From: Monocercomonoides exilis PA203
Taxonomy: Eukaryota; Protista; Preaxostyla
Length of the DNA stretch: 64,000 nt
Assembly (NCBI GenBank): GCA_001643675.2
Contig: LSRY02000024.1
Coordinates: 496,001 to 560,000, forward strand
Direction of reading: 5' to 3'
This document shows, one piece after another, positions 25,701 through 35,623 of this stretch. The position numbers and the translations under genes were made by a program. The notes beneath the pieces were generated by a model, which had not been told where the DNA came from, searched no databases, and saw only the letters and a list, made by a program, of their open reading frames with translations. Positions within the stretch are counted from its first letter, which is position 1; the number at the start of each line of letters is the position of its first letter.

Positions 25701-28700
25701 GAGCTCTGTTCAGTGTGTCAACAGGCCAACTTGGTTTATTGCACATGAAGGTTGATTGCAACTCAAATTTAAGTCCTTCTTCGCCGAGTGTGGTTGTGGT
25801 GACTGGTGGGAATGGATCACTCTCATTGGAGGATGTTGTGATCACCACGAGTGTTTCTTCTGGAAACTATGTGATGTCGTCGTCAGTGTTTGTGGTGCCG
25901 CTGTTGCAGCTGTCGATGGTTGGTGTGGAGTTCAAAGATATGAATGTGTCAAAACCATTGTTCTCTGAGCCGAATCTATCTTCTTCTTCTTTTGCATCGT
26001 CTTCATCTTACATGTTTTTGACAGCCACAGCATCAGGAGATAGCATGCTGGCGAATGTGAAGGTGACGAATGTGAAGTTGACCGAAGGAGATGGGGTGGT
26101 TGTAGCAAAGAGTGTGAAGGCTGGAGAGACATTTGTGGTTCGGAATGTGACAATCGAAGATTGCGAATGCAAGGCTGGAAGTGGTGGTGGGATTAAGGTT
26201 GAACTATCATCATCAACAAGCAAGGTTCTGATTGGAGATTCAATATCACACAGTGGAGGGACAACTTCGTTCAATCAATGCAAATGCAGTGGATATGGAG
26301 GAGGGGTGATGCTGCATCTGGCTGATGACTCATGTGAGTTTGAGATAACATCAGTGAGTTTTGATGGTTGTGCTGCAACAATGGGAGGGAAAAACATGTT
26401 TGTGGAAGCAGAGGACTTGTCAGCTGTTATCAACAGCACTTCAATCGGATTCAATCCAGAAGTTGGAATTAATGATGCAGACTTGAATGGGCTCAGTGGA
26501 AGAGAAAGAAACAATCCAGAGCTGATTGTTCCACTTGTTGTGTTTCTTCGAACATTTTCATCACCAGCATATGTGAGTGGGAGAGAACAAGGAAGTGAAT
26601 TCAGACTGTGTGGATATGAAGATTACCCATGCAGAACAATTGGAGAAGCGAGTGAATATCGGTATCTGAGCTCAAAGAGATTCATCAGACTGACAAATAC
26701 ATTTTCATTTGATGAAGAAGTGAAGTTGGATGAGCAGTCATATGAGATTGATTCGAGCAACAAAGATGTTGGATTGAAAGTTGGAGGAACAGGAACAAAA
26801 ACACAAGAAGCATTGGTGATGAACAGTGTTTCATCAACATTGACAGGGATATTGTTTGAATTGGGAGAATCGATTGGAGAGCGATCATCATTTGTTCATT
26901 CTTCAGGAGGCACATTGAGATTTGCTGATTGTGGGATAAAGATGGGAAACGGAGTGAATTCTGCGAATTATGAGTTTGTGAGTGCGAGTGGAGGGATGTT
27001 ATCCATTTCAGATTTCAGCATGGCTCATGTGAAATTTGGAATGAAGGCATTCATTGTTATTAATGGAAATGGGGGTGCTTCGATTGGGGATTCCTTGCTT
27101 GAGAGTGTGGAAACTACAAATATGAAGGGATTGATTGAGTATTCGTCATCATCATCGAGTCCATTGACGATTGTGAATGTGACAGCACAAGAATGTGTGA
27201 TGGGAGGGAAAGGACTGATATGGGATGATAATGGAAAGAAGCTGGGGATGAGGAATTGCACGATTATGAAGATGAGCAGTTTGGAGGGAAATGGGAGTGT
27301 TGTGAGTGGAGAAGTTGGGGATGGATGTGCTGTTGAGGTGAATGATGTTGTGATTGAAGGATGTGGAACATTGAAGGGATGTGGAGGAGGGATGAGTGTG
27401 ATATTGAAGGGAACAGGAGAAATGCGTTTGGGAAAGAGTGGAGTGGTGACATCGTTTGAGAAATGTTCAGCTGGTGGTGAGGGATCAGTTGGGGGGTATG
27501 GAGGAGGAGTGTTGTTGAGATGCGAAGAAGGAGGAAGGGACTTTGTGATGAGTGGATTGACATTTGGAAGAGGTGAGGGAGCAAACACAGCGGCACATGG
27601 AGGGAACAATGTGTTTGTTGAGGGAACAAATTTGTATCAATTGGTGAATAATGTTTCATTCGACTTCTCATTTGAGATTGAAGGCGATGATTTTAATATT
27701 GAAGATCTTATGGGAGCAGAAGATGGGAATGAGTTGATATTGATTCCAGTTGTGGTGTTCTTTCGAGAGAAACCGAGTGTCGGGTATGTGAATGGGGGAA
27801 ATGGAGGGATGGACTATCATAAGTGTGGATATGCTGACTTTCCATGCTCCACATTAACATATGCAGGAACAAGTGTTTTTGACACATCGCCGGCAACACT
27901 GAAACTTGTTGATGGAAGTTCAATTTTCGATGAAATGACACTCAACACTCAAGAAATGAACATTGATGGAGATATTGCAAAGGCAAAGATTGGAATTGTC
28001 GAAGGAGGAGAAAATGAATTTTTGATAAAGAGCGAACAAATAATCTCATTTTCATCATTGGCTTTTTCAATATCAACATTTGCCGAATCAAGAAAGGAGT
28101 ATGTATTTCTGTGCGGTGCAAGCACATTAAAATTTGAAGGATGCTCATTTGGAGCAGAATCAGAAGAGATTGGAGTGGGATTGATTTGTGGGAAAGGAGG
28201 GAAAGTGGTGCTGGTAAAATGTGAATTTGGAGATTTTGCAATGACCAAATCAGGAATGGTGACTTTTGATGGAGCAGGGGTTGGAGGATTGATTGATGAG
28301 GTGATTGTGAGGAATGTGACAAGAGAAAACGTGGGAAGAAGCTTATTTGAGCTGAGAAATGGAGGAGATATTGAGATTAAGAACACGACGATGAATGAAT
28401 CTCGTTTTGAGAATGGAAATGAGATTGAGATTGGAGAAGGGATTAATGCGAAAATCTGGAACTGCACATTCAAATCAATTCAGAGAGGCAGTGGGAATGG
28501 AGGGGTGTTGAATGGGAGAGTGGGGAATGGGAAGTGTGTGGATATTAACAAATGTGTGTTTGAGGAATGCAGATGCAATTCAGTGAGCGCAATTGGGGGA
28601 GGGGTTGTTCTGATTGTGGGAGATGGAGGGAATTTGTTGTTTGATGAAAACAAGATGAATGGATGCACAGTTTCAGAGAGAAGCGGAAAAGGAGGAGGGT

Positions 28701-29025
28701 TGCACCTGACATTTGAAACAACGAATATTGAATATTCTATGAAGAATGACAGTTTCACGAACAATGTGGCAGAAAAAGGAGAAGATGTGTATTTGGTGTG
28801 TGGATCACCATGGACGATGCTTCTTCAAGAGTTGTGGGAAGGGACAGCCACAAGAGTCACAGCAGAAAATAAGATGTGGGTGCTTGAGTCATCTGAACCA
28901 AGAAAAGAAGACTCACTGATCAATTACCTGTTTCCAAGGTTGGGAACGGATTTGTTTGTGAGCAATTCTGGAAACGAATTATCAAGTTGTGGAGCGAAAG
29001 AAAATCCTTGCTCGTCTGTTGATAT
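22665..29025. repeat. Inverted segmental duplication, copy B
   Basis: Reverse-complement homology to 1-6340; matching coordinates sum to 29007-29026. Confidence 0.95.
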
Positions 29026-32000
29026 TGGGTTTGATCGGTTGAAGGATGATATAGAGAGCATTATGCTTGTTAGTGCTGCATCAGTGAGCAAGCCAATCAA
29101 CAGAGATGGGAAAGGATTGACAATCAAAGGGAATGAAGAAACGAGAGAACTGGTTGTGAAGGAAGGAGGGAAATTTGAATTGACAGAAGGAGATGGGCAA
29201 ACACATTTGACATTGTCACTTCTTCAGATTTCACTTCCATGCTCCTCCCCAGCAAGTGCAACTGATGATGAATCGATTGTGGAAGTGAGGATTGGGCAAT
29301 GCTTCATTTTGGATTGTTTGTTTACAGGAGGAGAAAGGAATTCAAATGTGAATTCAAATGTGAATGAGTGTGGGAAGTGGATAGTGATTGGGAATGGAGG
29401 GGCAATTCGAATAGAGAGAACAGAAATGAACGGGATGAGATTTGAAGGATGTGGAATTGCACAACTGGGAGGAGGGAATGTGATATTTGAGAACTGTTCA
29501 TTGAATGGGATTGAGACCAGTGGAGGAGGAGTGATTGTGGGGAATGGTGGATCGGAAGTGACATTGAGGAACATGACAGCATTGGGGTGTGTTGTGGGAG
29601 CAGGATCGCTGATAACATCGAATGGAGGTTCGAGTTTGAGAGTTGATGGAGGAAGCAGATTTGAAAACATCGAGACAGAAAGTGTGAGAGGAGGGTGTGT
29701 GAAGAGCGAGATGAAGCTGAATGATTTGCTTGAAATTGGATCATCATCCATATTGAGATGCTCGGCGAATGGAAATGGAGGAAGAGGAGGAGGAATATAT
29801 CTGGATTTGAGTGATGATTGTGTGAATAACTTTGCGTTGAAAACATTAACATTTGAAGACAATGTTGCTGCAGAGGGAAGGGATTTGTTCATTTCTTGCA
29901 AGAAACTGAATGAAACAGTGATGAAGGAGAGGTTTGGATTTGAATATGAAAACGGAGAAGGAGAAGGAGAAGGAGAAGGTCAGGCAGTTGATATGAAAGG
30001 GATTGACAGAGAGCATTTTGCAGAGAGTGTTGATCTTGGGCTGTTTCTTGTTGAAGTGAAGAGAATAGAGGTGTGTGTGTCGAGGGAGGGGTACGACACG
30101 TTGGGATGTGGGAGCGATGGATATCCGTGCGAATCGATGTGGAGTGGAATAAGTCACATTGACAGAAGTGAGACAGAAGGAGAAAGGAAAGTGAAAGTGA
30201 GGGATGAAGGGACATTTGAAGATATTTATTCATTCACAGATGCACTTTCGATTGATGGGTGTGTGAATGAGGGGGATGTCATTAAACACAAAACAGTTTA
30301 TTTTGAAGGGACAATCAAAGGGAATTCTGCACCATCATCTTCATCTGTTATTTCATCAACAGTATCACTCAGCTTGTTATCATTGAAGCTGAAGATTCCA
30401 AGTCAATTTGAGCCAAATATGAATTCATTGATCTCATCGAGTGGGGTTCTTCAACTCGAAAGATGCTTGTTTGAGATCCAATCATCAATGGCCATTCAAT
30501 ACTCATTGATAACAACAACCACTGGAAGTTGTACATTGAAAGGATGCAGTTTGACAGGGCCATCATTTGTCAAATCTCCATTGGTGATGGCTTCTTCTGT
30601 TTTATTTGAAAACAGCAGCTTTTCAAACATTATGAACACTGGAAGCGGTGAAGGTGGTGTTGCAAGAGTGACATTAAAAAATGACGAAGATTTGGTCATT
30701 CAATCAACAAATGCATCATCTTGCTCACTTTCATCAAGAAATGGAAAAGGAGGATTTCTTTATTTGGATTGTCATGTTTGTTCCAATGAAAATCCATTTA
30801 TTTTTGATGCTGACGTAACATTTGAGAACAACAATGCAGCCACAGGGAAGAATGCGTTTATTTTGGGAAATGATTTTAATACTTCTGTTACAAAAGACTC
30901 ATTCAAGTTTGATTATTCATCAATGGCAAATGATGGAAATTTGTTTGTTGGAAATGATAATTTTCATTCAAACAAAGATTTGTTCATGTTCCTCGTTCCA
31001 TACAGCTCAATTGAGATATTTATCTCATCTGAAGGATTTGATGTTGCACGTTGTGGAAGTGAAGAAGAGCCATGCTTCACAATGTGGAAAGGGATGGAAA
31101 ACATGAAAAAGGAGATTGAAAAGAAAACAATTCAGATTGAAGGATCAACCCTTATAAGAGATTCATTCAATGTTTCCAATTATCAGATCAAAAAGGGTGT
31201 GAAGATGGGCGAAGAGAATGTGAAAGCAACTTTGAATTTTGAAAAGGCAGTTGGAAGTCAACTGGAATATTTCATGGGAAATAATATTCATCTTGAATTG
31301 TCCAACATCCAACTGCAACTGACATCTGGATTTGACAACTCAGCCAAAACAATCTTTTCAAATAGAGATGGAGAATTGGTGATAACTGGATGTTCATTCC
31401 ATTCAGAGGCTGGAGTTAATAATGGATTTGATTGTGAATTTGTGGATGCGATTGGAGGAAGTGTGGATGTGAATGATTTGTTGATAGAATCATGCAATGT
31501 TGGAAACAGTATTTTTGCCATTCATGATTCTGGAGTCTATTGCCAGTTGAAGAATATTCGAGTGGAATCGTTGAATGAAAGTGGAGGCTGCATTTTATCA
31601 ATCAAGGAATCTGAACCAGGATTGAAGATAAATGAAGTGGGTGAGGAAATTAATCTCAACATTGACAATTCATCATTTTCAGGAGTGAAGAGAAGTGACA
31701 ATGGAGCGAGCATTTTGGAGTCAAAGAGTGAGAAAAAGATAGATTTGGTTGTGAATTCGAGCAATATCACAGAAGACAAGGCAGAAACAAGTGAAAAAGG
31801 AGGGGCATTATTCTTCACATTGGGTGCATCTGGCTCAATGAAGATGATTGACTCAACAATTAGCCATTGCAGTTGCAACAACAACACAGGAAGAGGAGGA
31901 GGGGTGTATCTGGCAACAAAGGAAACAGGGGAATTGAATTTCACATTTATGGGGATGAAGTTCAGTGCAAACACAGCAAGAGTGGGGAATGATATTTTCA

Positions 32001-34717
32001 TTGAATGCTTCAATATCACATCTCAGATCAATGAAAGGCAATTTCAGTTTGATCTTCGAGAGAATCATTATTCACGAATTAATGCAATCTATGGAATTGA
32101 TAGCTGTGATCATCAAACCGACACAGATCTGATCGGACTGATAACAATCCATCAGAGTGACACAATCATTGTTTGCAATGTGAATGGATCGAATGAGAAG
32201 CAATGTGGAACAAACACACTTCCATGTGATTCAATTGAGCATGGGCTGGTGCATCTGACATCAGATTTCATGAGTCTGATGTTCATTGTTGAAGAGAGTG
32301 TGATTGGAAGAGAAATAAATTTGGAGGAAATGAGTCTGAGTTCGAAGAGCAGGGAGATGTGCAAAGTTGAAGTGAAATCAGAGATTGAAAAAACAAAAGA
32401 GACCTTGGTGACAACAACCGGAACAGTCTCATTGTTGAGAATGAATTTTGTGTTTGATTCAAATTTCATTTCTTCACATGAATCACTGATATCTCCCGAA
32501 GGAGGGATTCTTGAAATAATGAATTGTTCATTTGATTCAAAACAATCGGCTGGAGAAGGAAGTATAGAATTAGCAAACATTCCATTTCACATCATTAATA
32601 CGGCAGAAGGAGAATTACAAGTTGATGGATGCACAATATCAAATCTCATTCTTCAAAAATCTTCAATATATCTTTCATCACCGCTTCCTTCAGTAATTGA
32701 TTCATTAACGATTTGCAATTCAACAATAAAAACTTCTCTATTTGATATTAATGAATGTGGGCAATTGAATATGGAAAAGTTTCATTCAGAAAATATCACA
32801 GTTGAGGGAAATGAAGAATCATTGATATCTTGTTTGTCAATGAAAAAGACAATTCAGTTGACAAATTGCACAGTTGGCGGAGTCTGTTCAAACAAAGCAA
32901 AAGGGAAATTGATGAAAATGGAGAATTGTTTGGATGTGAAAATGGACAGTTGCATTTTTGACGGGAGTTCAAAGGAAAGAAGGGGGCAGAATTTGAATTC
33001 AAATGAAGAAGAAGAGATGTGCAGATGGGATGGATCTCTTGTGGATATTGTGAAGAGTTCTGTGATGATGAAAGATACAACATTATCGAATTCACCAGAA
33101 GGTGGAATAACAATGAGTGGAGGAAATATGAAAATTGAGATGGGATTGTTTGAGAATAATAAACCGTCAATTGAAGGATATCCATCAGCTCGAAGGAATA
33201 TCATCTGTTCAGATTCTGGAACATTGAATGTGATGAGTTTGAAAGGGGGAGATGGATGGGAAAGAAATACCTCATTGTGGATTTTGGATGATGGATGCGA
33301 ATTGGAAGGAATTACATCAGAAAGAACATCATCATTCTTTATTCCTGTATTGGAAGAAGTGAAGAACACAACGCAGCCAACAGGAGAAATGGAACTGATC
33401 ATTCATGGGAAGTTGCTTCTGCCATGCAATCTGTCAGTGAAGATAAGCATGAAGGATGGAGATGTCGAACTTTCTCACACAAACAACATTGCAGAAGACG
33501 GATATATATCAGAGAGCGAGGTGCATTCAGTTATCTCATCTGAAGTGTTGGAAGAGATGGAGAAGAAAACAGAAGTGAGCGTGTGCATTGTGTTTGGAAA
33601 AGGCAAAACATCGTGTTCGAATGGAATTGTGGTGATAAACAAGAGTGAATCACAATCAAAAGGAGATGAGAATGAGAATGAAGGAGGAGACGATATCAAC
33701 AAAGGAGGATCGAACAATGATTGGAGCTTGATTGTGATTGTTGTGTTGGGTGTGTTGCTTTTGATTGTTCTGGTTGGCTTTTCATTCATTGTTGTGCTTT
33801 TGCGAAAGAAACTGAAGGAAGTGGAAAAGAAAGTTGAAAAAGAGAGAATGGAAAATGAGGAGATAATGAGAAAGATTGAGAGGAGGAGAAGAGAAGGGAA
33901 TGGAGGGATCTTTGAGATGAATGAAATGCCATCAACATTGCTGGAGGGAATGACAAGCCAAATTCCACTTCTGATTGACAACGATGAAGAAGATCTTCTG
34001 AAGCCTCCGTCATTGAACGATGGAGAGCTGAATGAAAATGATCTGCCAGATCTGGAATCTTCATTTCCATTTTCTGAAGATGATTCTGTTTCCTTGGTGT
34101 CTCAATCGTGTTCATTGAATGTGATATCAGCAAAGAAGCCATTTCGAGAGAAGGAGAAAAAGAACCTGAAAACATTGTACTCGGTGATTCATTCGGTTGA
34201 GGGGGATTTCACATTGGGGACAAGAGCTATGAATGTTATTGATGGGAAGGAAGTGGTTTTGGCAGTGGCAGAGCTGTTTGAGCATTTGATTTCAGTCGGA
34301 GACGAAAGGATTGAGATGATGGGGAGGCAGCTGTGTCCATATACAATCTTTGTTGAGGAAGGAAATAACGAAATATTTGTTTTGGCAGAGGAATTGGAGG
34401 ATGAAAAGCAGAAGGAAGAAATGAAGCGATGGAGTGCACCAGAAGTGGGAAATGAAGATGAGGAAATGGAAAAAACAGTTGTTTTTTCACTTGGACTGAT
34501 TCTGCATGAAATGACAACCGGGGAAGTGCCTTTGAGCGAGTGTGATGCAGAAGAAGCACAAGAGATGATGAGAGATGGGGTGCGACCGCTGACAGAAGGA
34601 ATCGAAGGAGAAGATCTGGTTGAGCTGATGGAGAAGATGTGGGGAGACGAGCCAGATGGCAGACCCACTTTGGCAGAAGTGAAGAAATCGATAAAGAAAA
34701 TGATAAATGAAGGATGA
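23579..34717 (+). CDS. 3712-aa type I membrane protein: repeated Cys/Gly-rich beta-helix-like modules, one TM, C-terminal degenerate TKL-like kinase lobe
   Basis: Signal peptide; about seven CGxxxx(x)PCx[TS] module starts; many GGG[VAI]x[LF] and FxxN motifs; TM WSLIVIVVLGVLLLIVLVGFSFIVVLL; RWSAPE...VFSLGLILHEMTTGEVPL...RPTLAEV. Confidence 0.9.
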   Translation: MRSTVIFFTVLAYIFIVNSQSTEHFIEQQREEECRSEKIFVHPQMHRCLENSSEHKVYYNNLLQHMNTFQPSISLGNTEIEGKYEKHDLQHDVKENKRNYRTFGPEISRNYRMHLFKEMLKDHIKSEIGGCVCASNSSIELKEIGLIGSECGSVVCGRRGSVVVVRGCVVGMGKDNEAGAFDLCGCIGILTNITLKGWERGGEIYSGRLFGGSDEGEGSISASESHFSSICVSSAPFLSSPSIPLISLSKLSFFNISTANEACSPSTTSISQTNCLMSSCSFSSVCDAYDGGIVPSLNYPLASLTASNTSFIGCCRTRNANFIGTAEAPLKPGRQNTTDNGANTFIWCEWNGSKATGTSDSVSDGISSGGAICMYSQSSASISIKHCSFNDCNAFYDGGAIMCHYIKSVEVVNNSFDSCTAQAWAGGGICVMTISTCVRISRCEFQNCKAHHDGGGLRLENIQVNGSGCIGDENGEGESACVFDCRFSSCSVTNNWGGGMCCYYIVPQFKVRSVQFISCTARQEGGGFHLNPYQQNAPDDRIYCFFLFFHECKCRDASNPYGHDLEYVDYNNVYLHSGNPFFECYTTNENDKRVCFAYNYANASAWTYDQTSKKDWLKDWTKVLFVGVNGDDSRGLCGMSVLAPCKTVGHAVETGLEELSSSVTLMEGNHTSEVTTIEIGEKKISIIGKGKEKSSIGTGALSSSSAAGALFSVSTGQLGLLHMKVDCNSNLSPSSPSVVVVTGGNGSLSLEDVVITTSVSSGNYVMSSSVFVVPLLQLSMVGVEFKDMNVSKPLFSEPNLSSSSFASSSSYMFLTATASGDSMLANVKVTNVKLTEGDGVVVAKSVKAGETFVVRNVTIEDCECKAGSGGGIKVELSSSTSKVLIGDSISHSGGTTSFNQCKCSGYGGGVMLHLADDSCEFEITSVSFDGCAATMGGKNMFVEAEDLSAVINSTSIGFNPEVGINDADLNGLSGRERNNPELIVPLVVFLRTFSSPAYVSGREQGSEFRLCGYEDYPCRTIGEASEYRYLSSKRFIRLTNTFSFDEEVKLDEQSYEIDSSNKDVGLKVGGTGTKTQEALVMNSVSSTLTGILFELGESIGERSSFVHSSGGTLRFADCGIKMGNGVNSANYEFVSASGGMLSISDFSMAHVKFGMKAFIVINGNGGASIGDSLLESVETTNMKGLIEYSSSSSSPLTIVNVTAQECVMGGKGLIWDDNGKKLGMRNCTIMKMSSLEGNGSVVSGEVGDGCAVEVNDVVIEGCGTLKGCGGGMSVILKGTGEMRLGKSGVVTSFEKCSAGGEGSVGGYGGGVLLRCEEGGRDFVMSGLTFGRGEGANTAAHGGNNVFVEGTNLYQLVNNVSFDFSFEIEGDDFNIEDLMGAEDGNELILIPVVVFFREKPSVGYVNGGNGGMDYHKCGYADFPCSTLTYAGTSVFDTSPATLKLVDGSSIFDEMTLNTQEMNIDGDIAKAKIGIVEGGENEFLIKSEQIISFSSLAFSISTFAESRKEYVFLCGASTLKFEGCSFGAESEEIGVGLICGKGGKVVLVKCEFGDFAMTKSGMVTFDGAGVGGLIDEVIVRNVTRENVGRSLFELRNGGDIEIKNTTMNESRFENGNEIEIGEGINAKIWNCTFKSIQRGSGNGGVLNGRVGNGKCVDINKCVFEECRCNSVSAIGGGVVLIVGDGGNLLFDENKMNGCTVSERSGKGGGLHLTFETTNIEYSMKNDSFTNNVAEKGEDVYLVCGSPWTMLLQELWEGTATRVTAENKMWVLESSEPRKEDSLINYLFPRLGTDLFVSNSGNELSSCGAKENPCSSVDIGFDRLKDDIESIMLVSAASVSKPINRDGKGLTIKGNEETRELVVKEGGKFELTEGDGQTHLTLSLLQISLPCSSPASATDDESIVEVRIGQCFILDCLFTGGERNSNVNSNVNECGKWIVIGNGGAIRIERTEMNGMRFEGCGIAQLGGGNVIFENCSLNGIETSGGGVIVGNGGSEVTLRNMTALGCVVGAGSLITSNGGSSLRVDGGSRFENIETESVRGGCVKSEMKLNDLLEIGSSSILRCSANGNGGRGGGIYLDLSDDCVNNFALKTLTFEDNVAAEGRDLFISCKKLNETVMKERFGFEYENGEGEGEGEGQAVDMKGIDREHFAESVDLGLFLVEVKRIEVCVSREGYDTLGCGSDGYPCESMWSGISHIDRSETEGERKVKVRDEGTFEDIYSFTDALSIDGCVNEGDVIKHKTVYFEGTIKGNSAPSSSSVISSTVSLSLLSLKLKIPSQFEPNMNSLISSSGVLQLERCLFEIQSSMAIQYSLITTTTGSCTLKGCSLTGPSFVKSPLVMASSVLFENSSFSNIMNTGSGEGGVARVTLKNDEDLVIQSTNASSCSLSSRNGKGGFLYLDCHVCSNENPFIFDADVTFENNNAATGKNAFILGNDFNTSVTKDSFKFDYSSMANDGNLFVGNDNFHSNKDLFMFLVPYSSIEIFISSEGFDVARCGSEEEPCFTMWKGMENMKKEIEKKTIQIEGSTLIRDSFNVSNYQIKKGVKMGEENVKATLNFEKAVGSQLEYFMGNNIHLELSNIQLQLTSGFDNSAKTIFSNRDGELVITGCSFHSEAGVNNGFDCEFVDAIGGSVDVNDLLIESCNVGNSIFAIHDSGVYCQLKNIRVESLNESGGCILSIKESEPGLKINEVGEEINLNIDNSSFSGVKRSDNGASILESKSEKKIDLVVNSSNITEDKAETSEKGGALFFTLGASGSMKMIDSTISHCSCNNNTGRGGGVYLATKETGELNFTFMGMKFSANTARVGNDIFIECFNITSQINERQFQFDLRENHYSRINAIYGIDSCDHQTDTDLIGLITIHQSDTIIVCNVNGSNEKQCGTNTLPCDSIEHGLVHLTSDFMSLMFIVEESVIGREINLEEMSLSSKSREMCKVEVKSEIEKTKETLVTTTGTVSLLRMNFVFDSNFISSHESLISPEGGILEIMNCSFDSKQSAGEGSIELANIPFHIINTAEGELQVDGCTISNLILQKSSIYLSSPLPSVIDSLTICNSTIKTSLFDINECGQLNMEKFHSENITVEGNEESLISCLSMKKTIQLTNCTVGGVCSNKAKGKLMKMENCLDVKMDSCIFDGSSKERRGQNLNSNEEEEMCRWDGSLVDIVKSSVMMKDTTLSNSPEGGITMSGGNMKIEMGLFENNKPSIEGYPSARRNIICSDSGTLNVMSLKGGDGWERNTSLWILDDGCELEGITSERTSSFFIPVLEEVKNTTQPTGEMELIIHGKLLLPCNLSVKISMKDGDVELSHTNNIAEDGYISESEVHSVISSEVLEEMEKKTEVSVCIVFGKGKTSCSNGIVVINKSESQSKGDENENEGGDDINKGGSNNDWSLIVIVVLGVLLLIVLVGFSFIVVLLRKKLKEVEKKVEKERMENEEIMRKIERRRREGNGGIFEMNEMPSTLLEGMTSQIPLLIDNDEEDLLKPPSLNDGELNENDLPDLESSFPFSEDDSVSLVSQSCSLNVISAKKPFREKEKKNLKTLYSVIHSVEGDFTLGTRAMNVIDGKEVVLAVAELFEHLISVGDERIEMMGRQLCPYTIFVEEGNNEIFVLAEELEDEKQKEEMKRWSAPEVGNEDEEMEKTVVFSLGLILHEMTTGEVPLSECDAEEAQEMMRDGVRPLTEGIEGEDLVELMEKMWGDEPDGRPTLAEVKKSIKKMINEG

Positions 34718-35623
34718 AGCCGAGTGAAAAATATCACAAAAAAATGTGCCTAAATAAATAACATTTCACCTTTGAATATTTAATTGCAAAATTGTGTTGC
34801 TTGATGCCTGGTGCAATAGGTGCAATATGTGCAAAAGGTGCACTTTACTCAAATTGTGCGATTGATATTTCAAAAATTTCAATGAAACGTGGAATAATTA
34901 TCACACACGATCTTTTTGGTTGCTTAAATAATATGTTTGTGTGCGAAAATGTTTATGTATTATCGAACGATAGATTTTCACATTCAATGCAGCCTGAATG
35001 ATTCTCATTTCACAGCACTTCGATATGCAACTTTTGTATTTCCATTTTCATCTCTTTTTCTTTCTCTTTCACTTCATTTTATTTGTTTGTGCTTCAGCCA
35101 GATTATCTGATGAGATAATTTATTCTCATATTTTTTTTCCATAAATTTTCTATTTTTATTTCTAAGTTTTATTTTATTTTATTTGGATGTTCGACATTTC
35201 AAATTATCCAATCAACATGTTTTTTGGAATTGTGAACAAGAATTTTTCATTGAAAAGCATGCACATGAAATGAATTAAGTGAAGATATTCTTTTGAGCCT
35301 TGCAGTTATTTTCATTTAAAATGAATGAAAGAAGTTCAAAAAAAGCTCCCACACAGAAATATTTGACAATCGAAGTTGATAATATTCAATGTGATTATTA
35401 AGTATTTTAGGTGAACAACAAAACTGAAAAAGAAAAAATGATGACTTTGATGGAATTGAGGGAAAAAAGAAACAAGAAGTTAATTTACAAGAAACTAATA
35501 AAAATTGTTATTAAAACATTCGAAATCCACAGGATCTCCACGAAAAACAAAAAATCAAAATATCAAAATTCATCCATTCAACAAAAAAAAAAATAGCATT
35601 TTTCAAAACACGCAGTAAATTGA

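Noticed and set aside
34810-34845. Four 9-bp-period GTGCA repeats downstream of the giant gene
   Set aside because: Too short and degenerate to support a regulatory or CRISPR-like claim.
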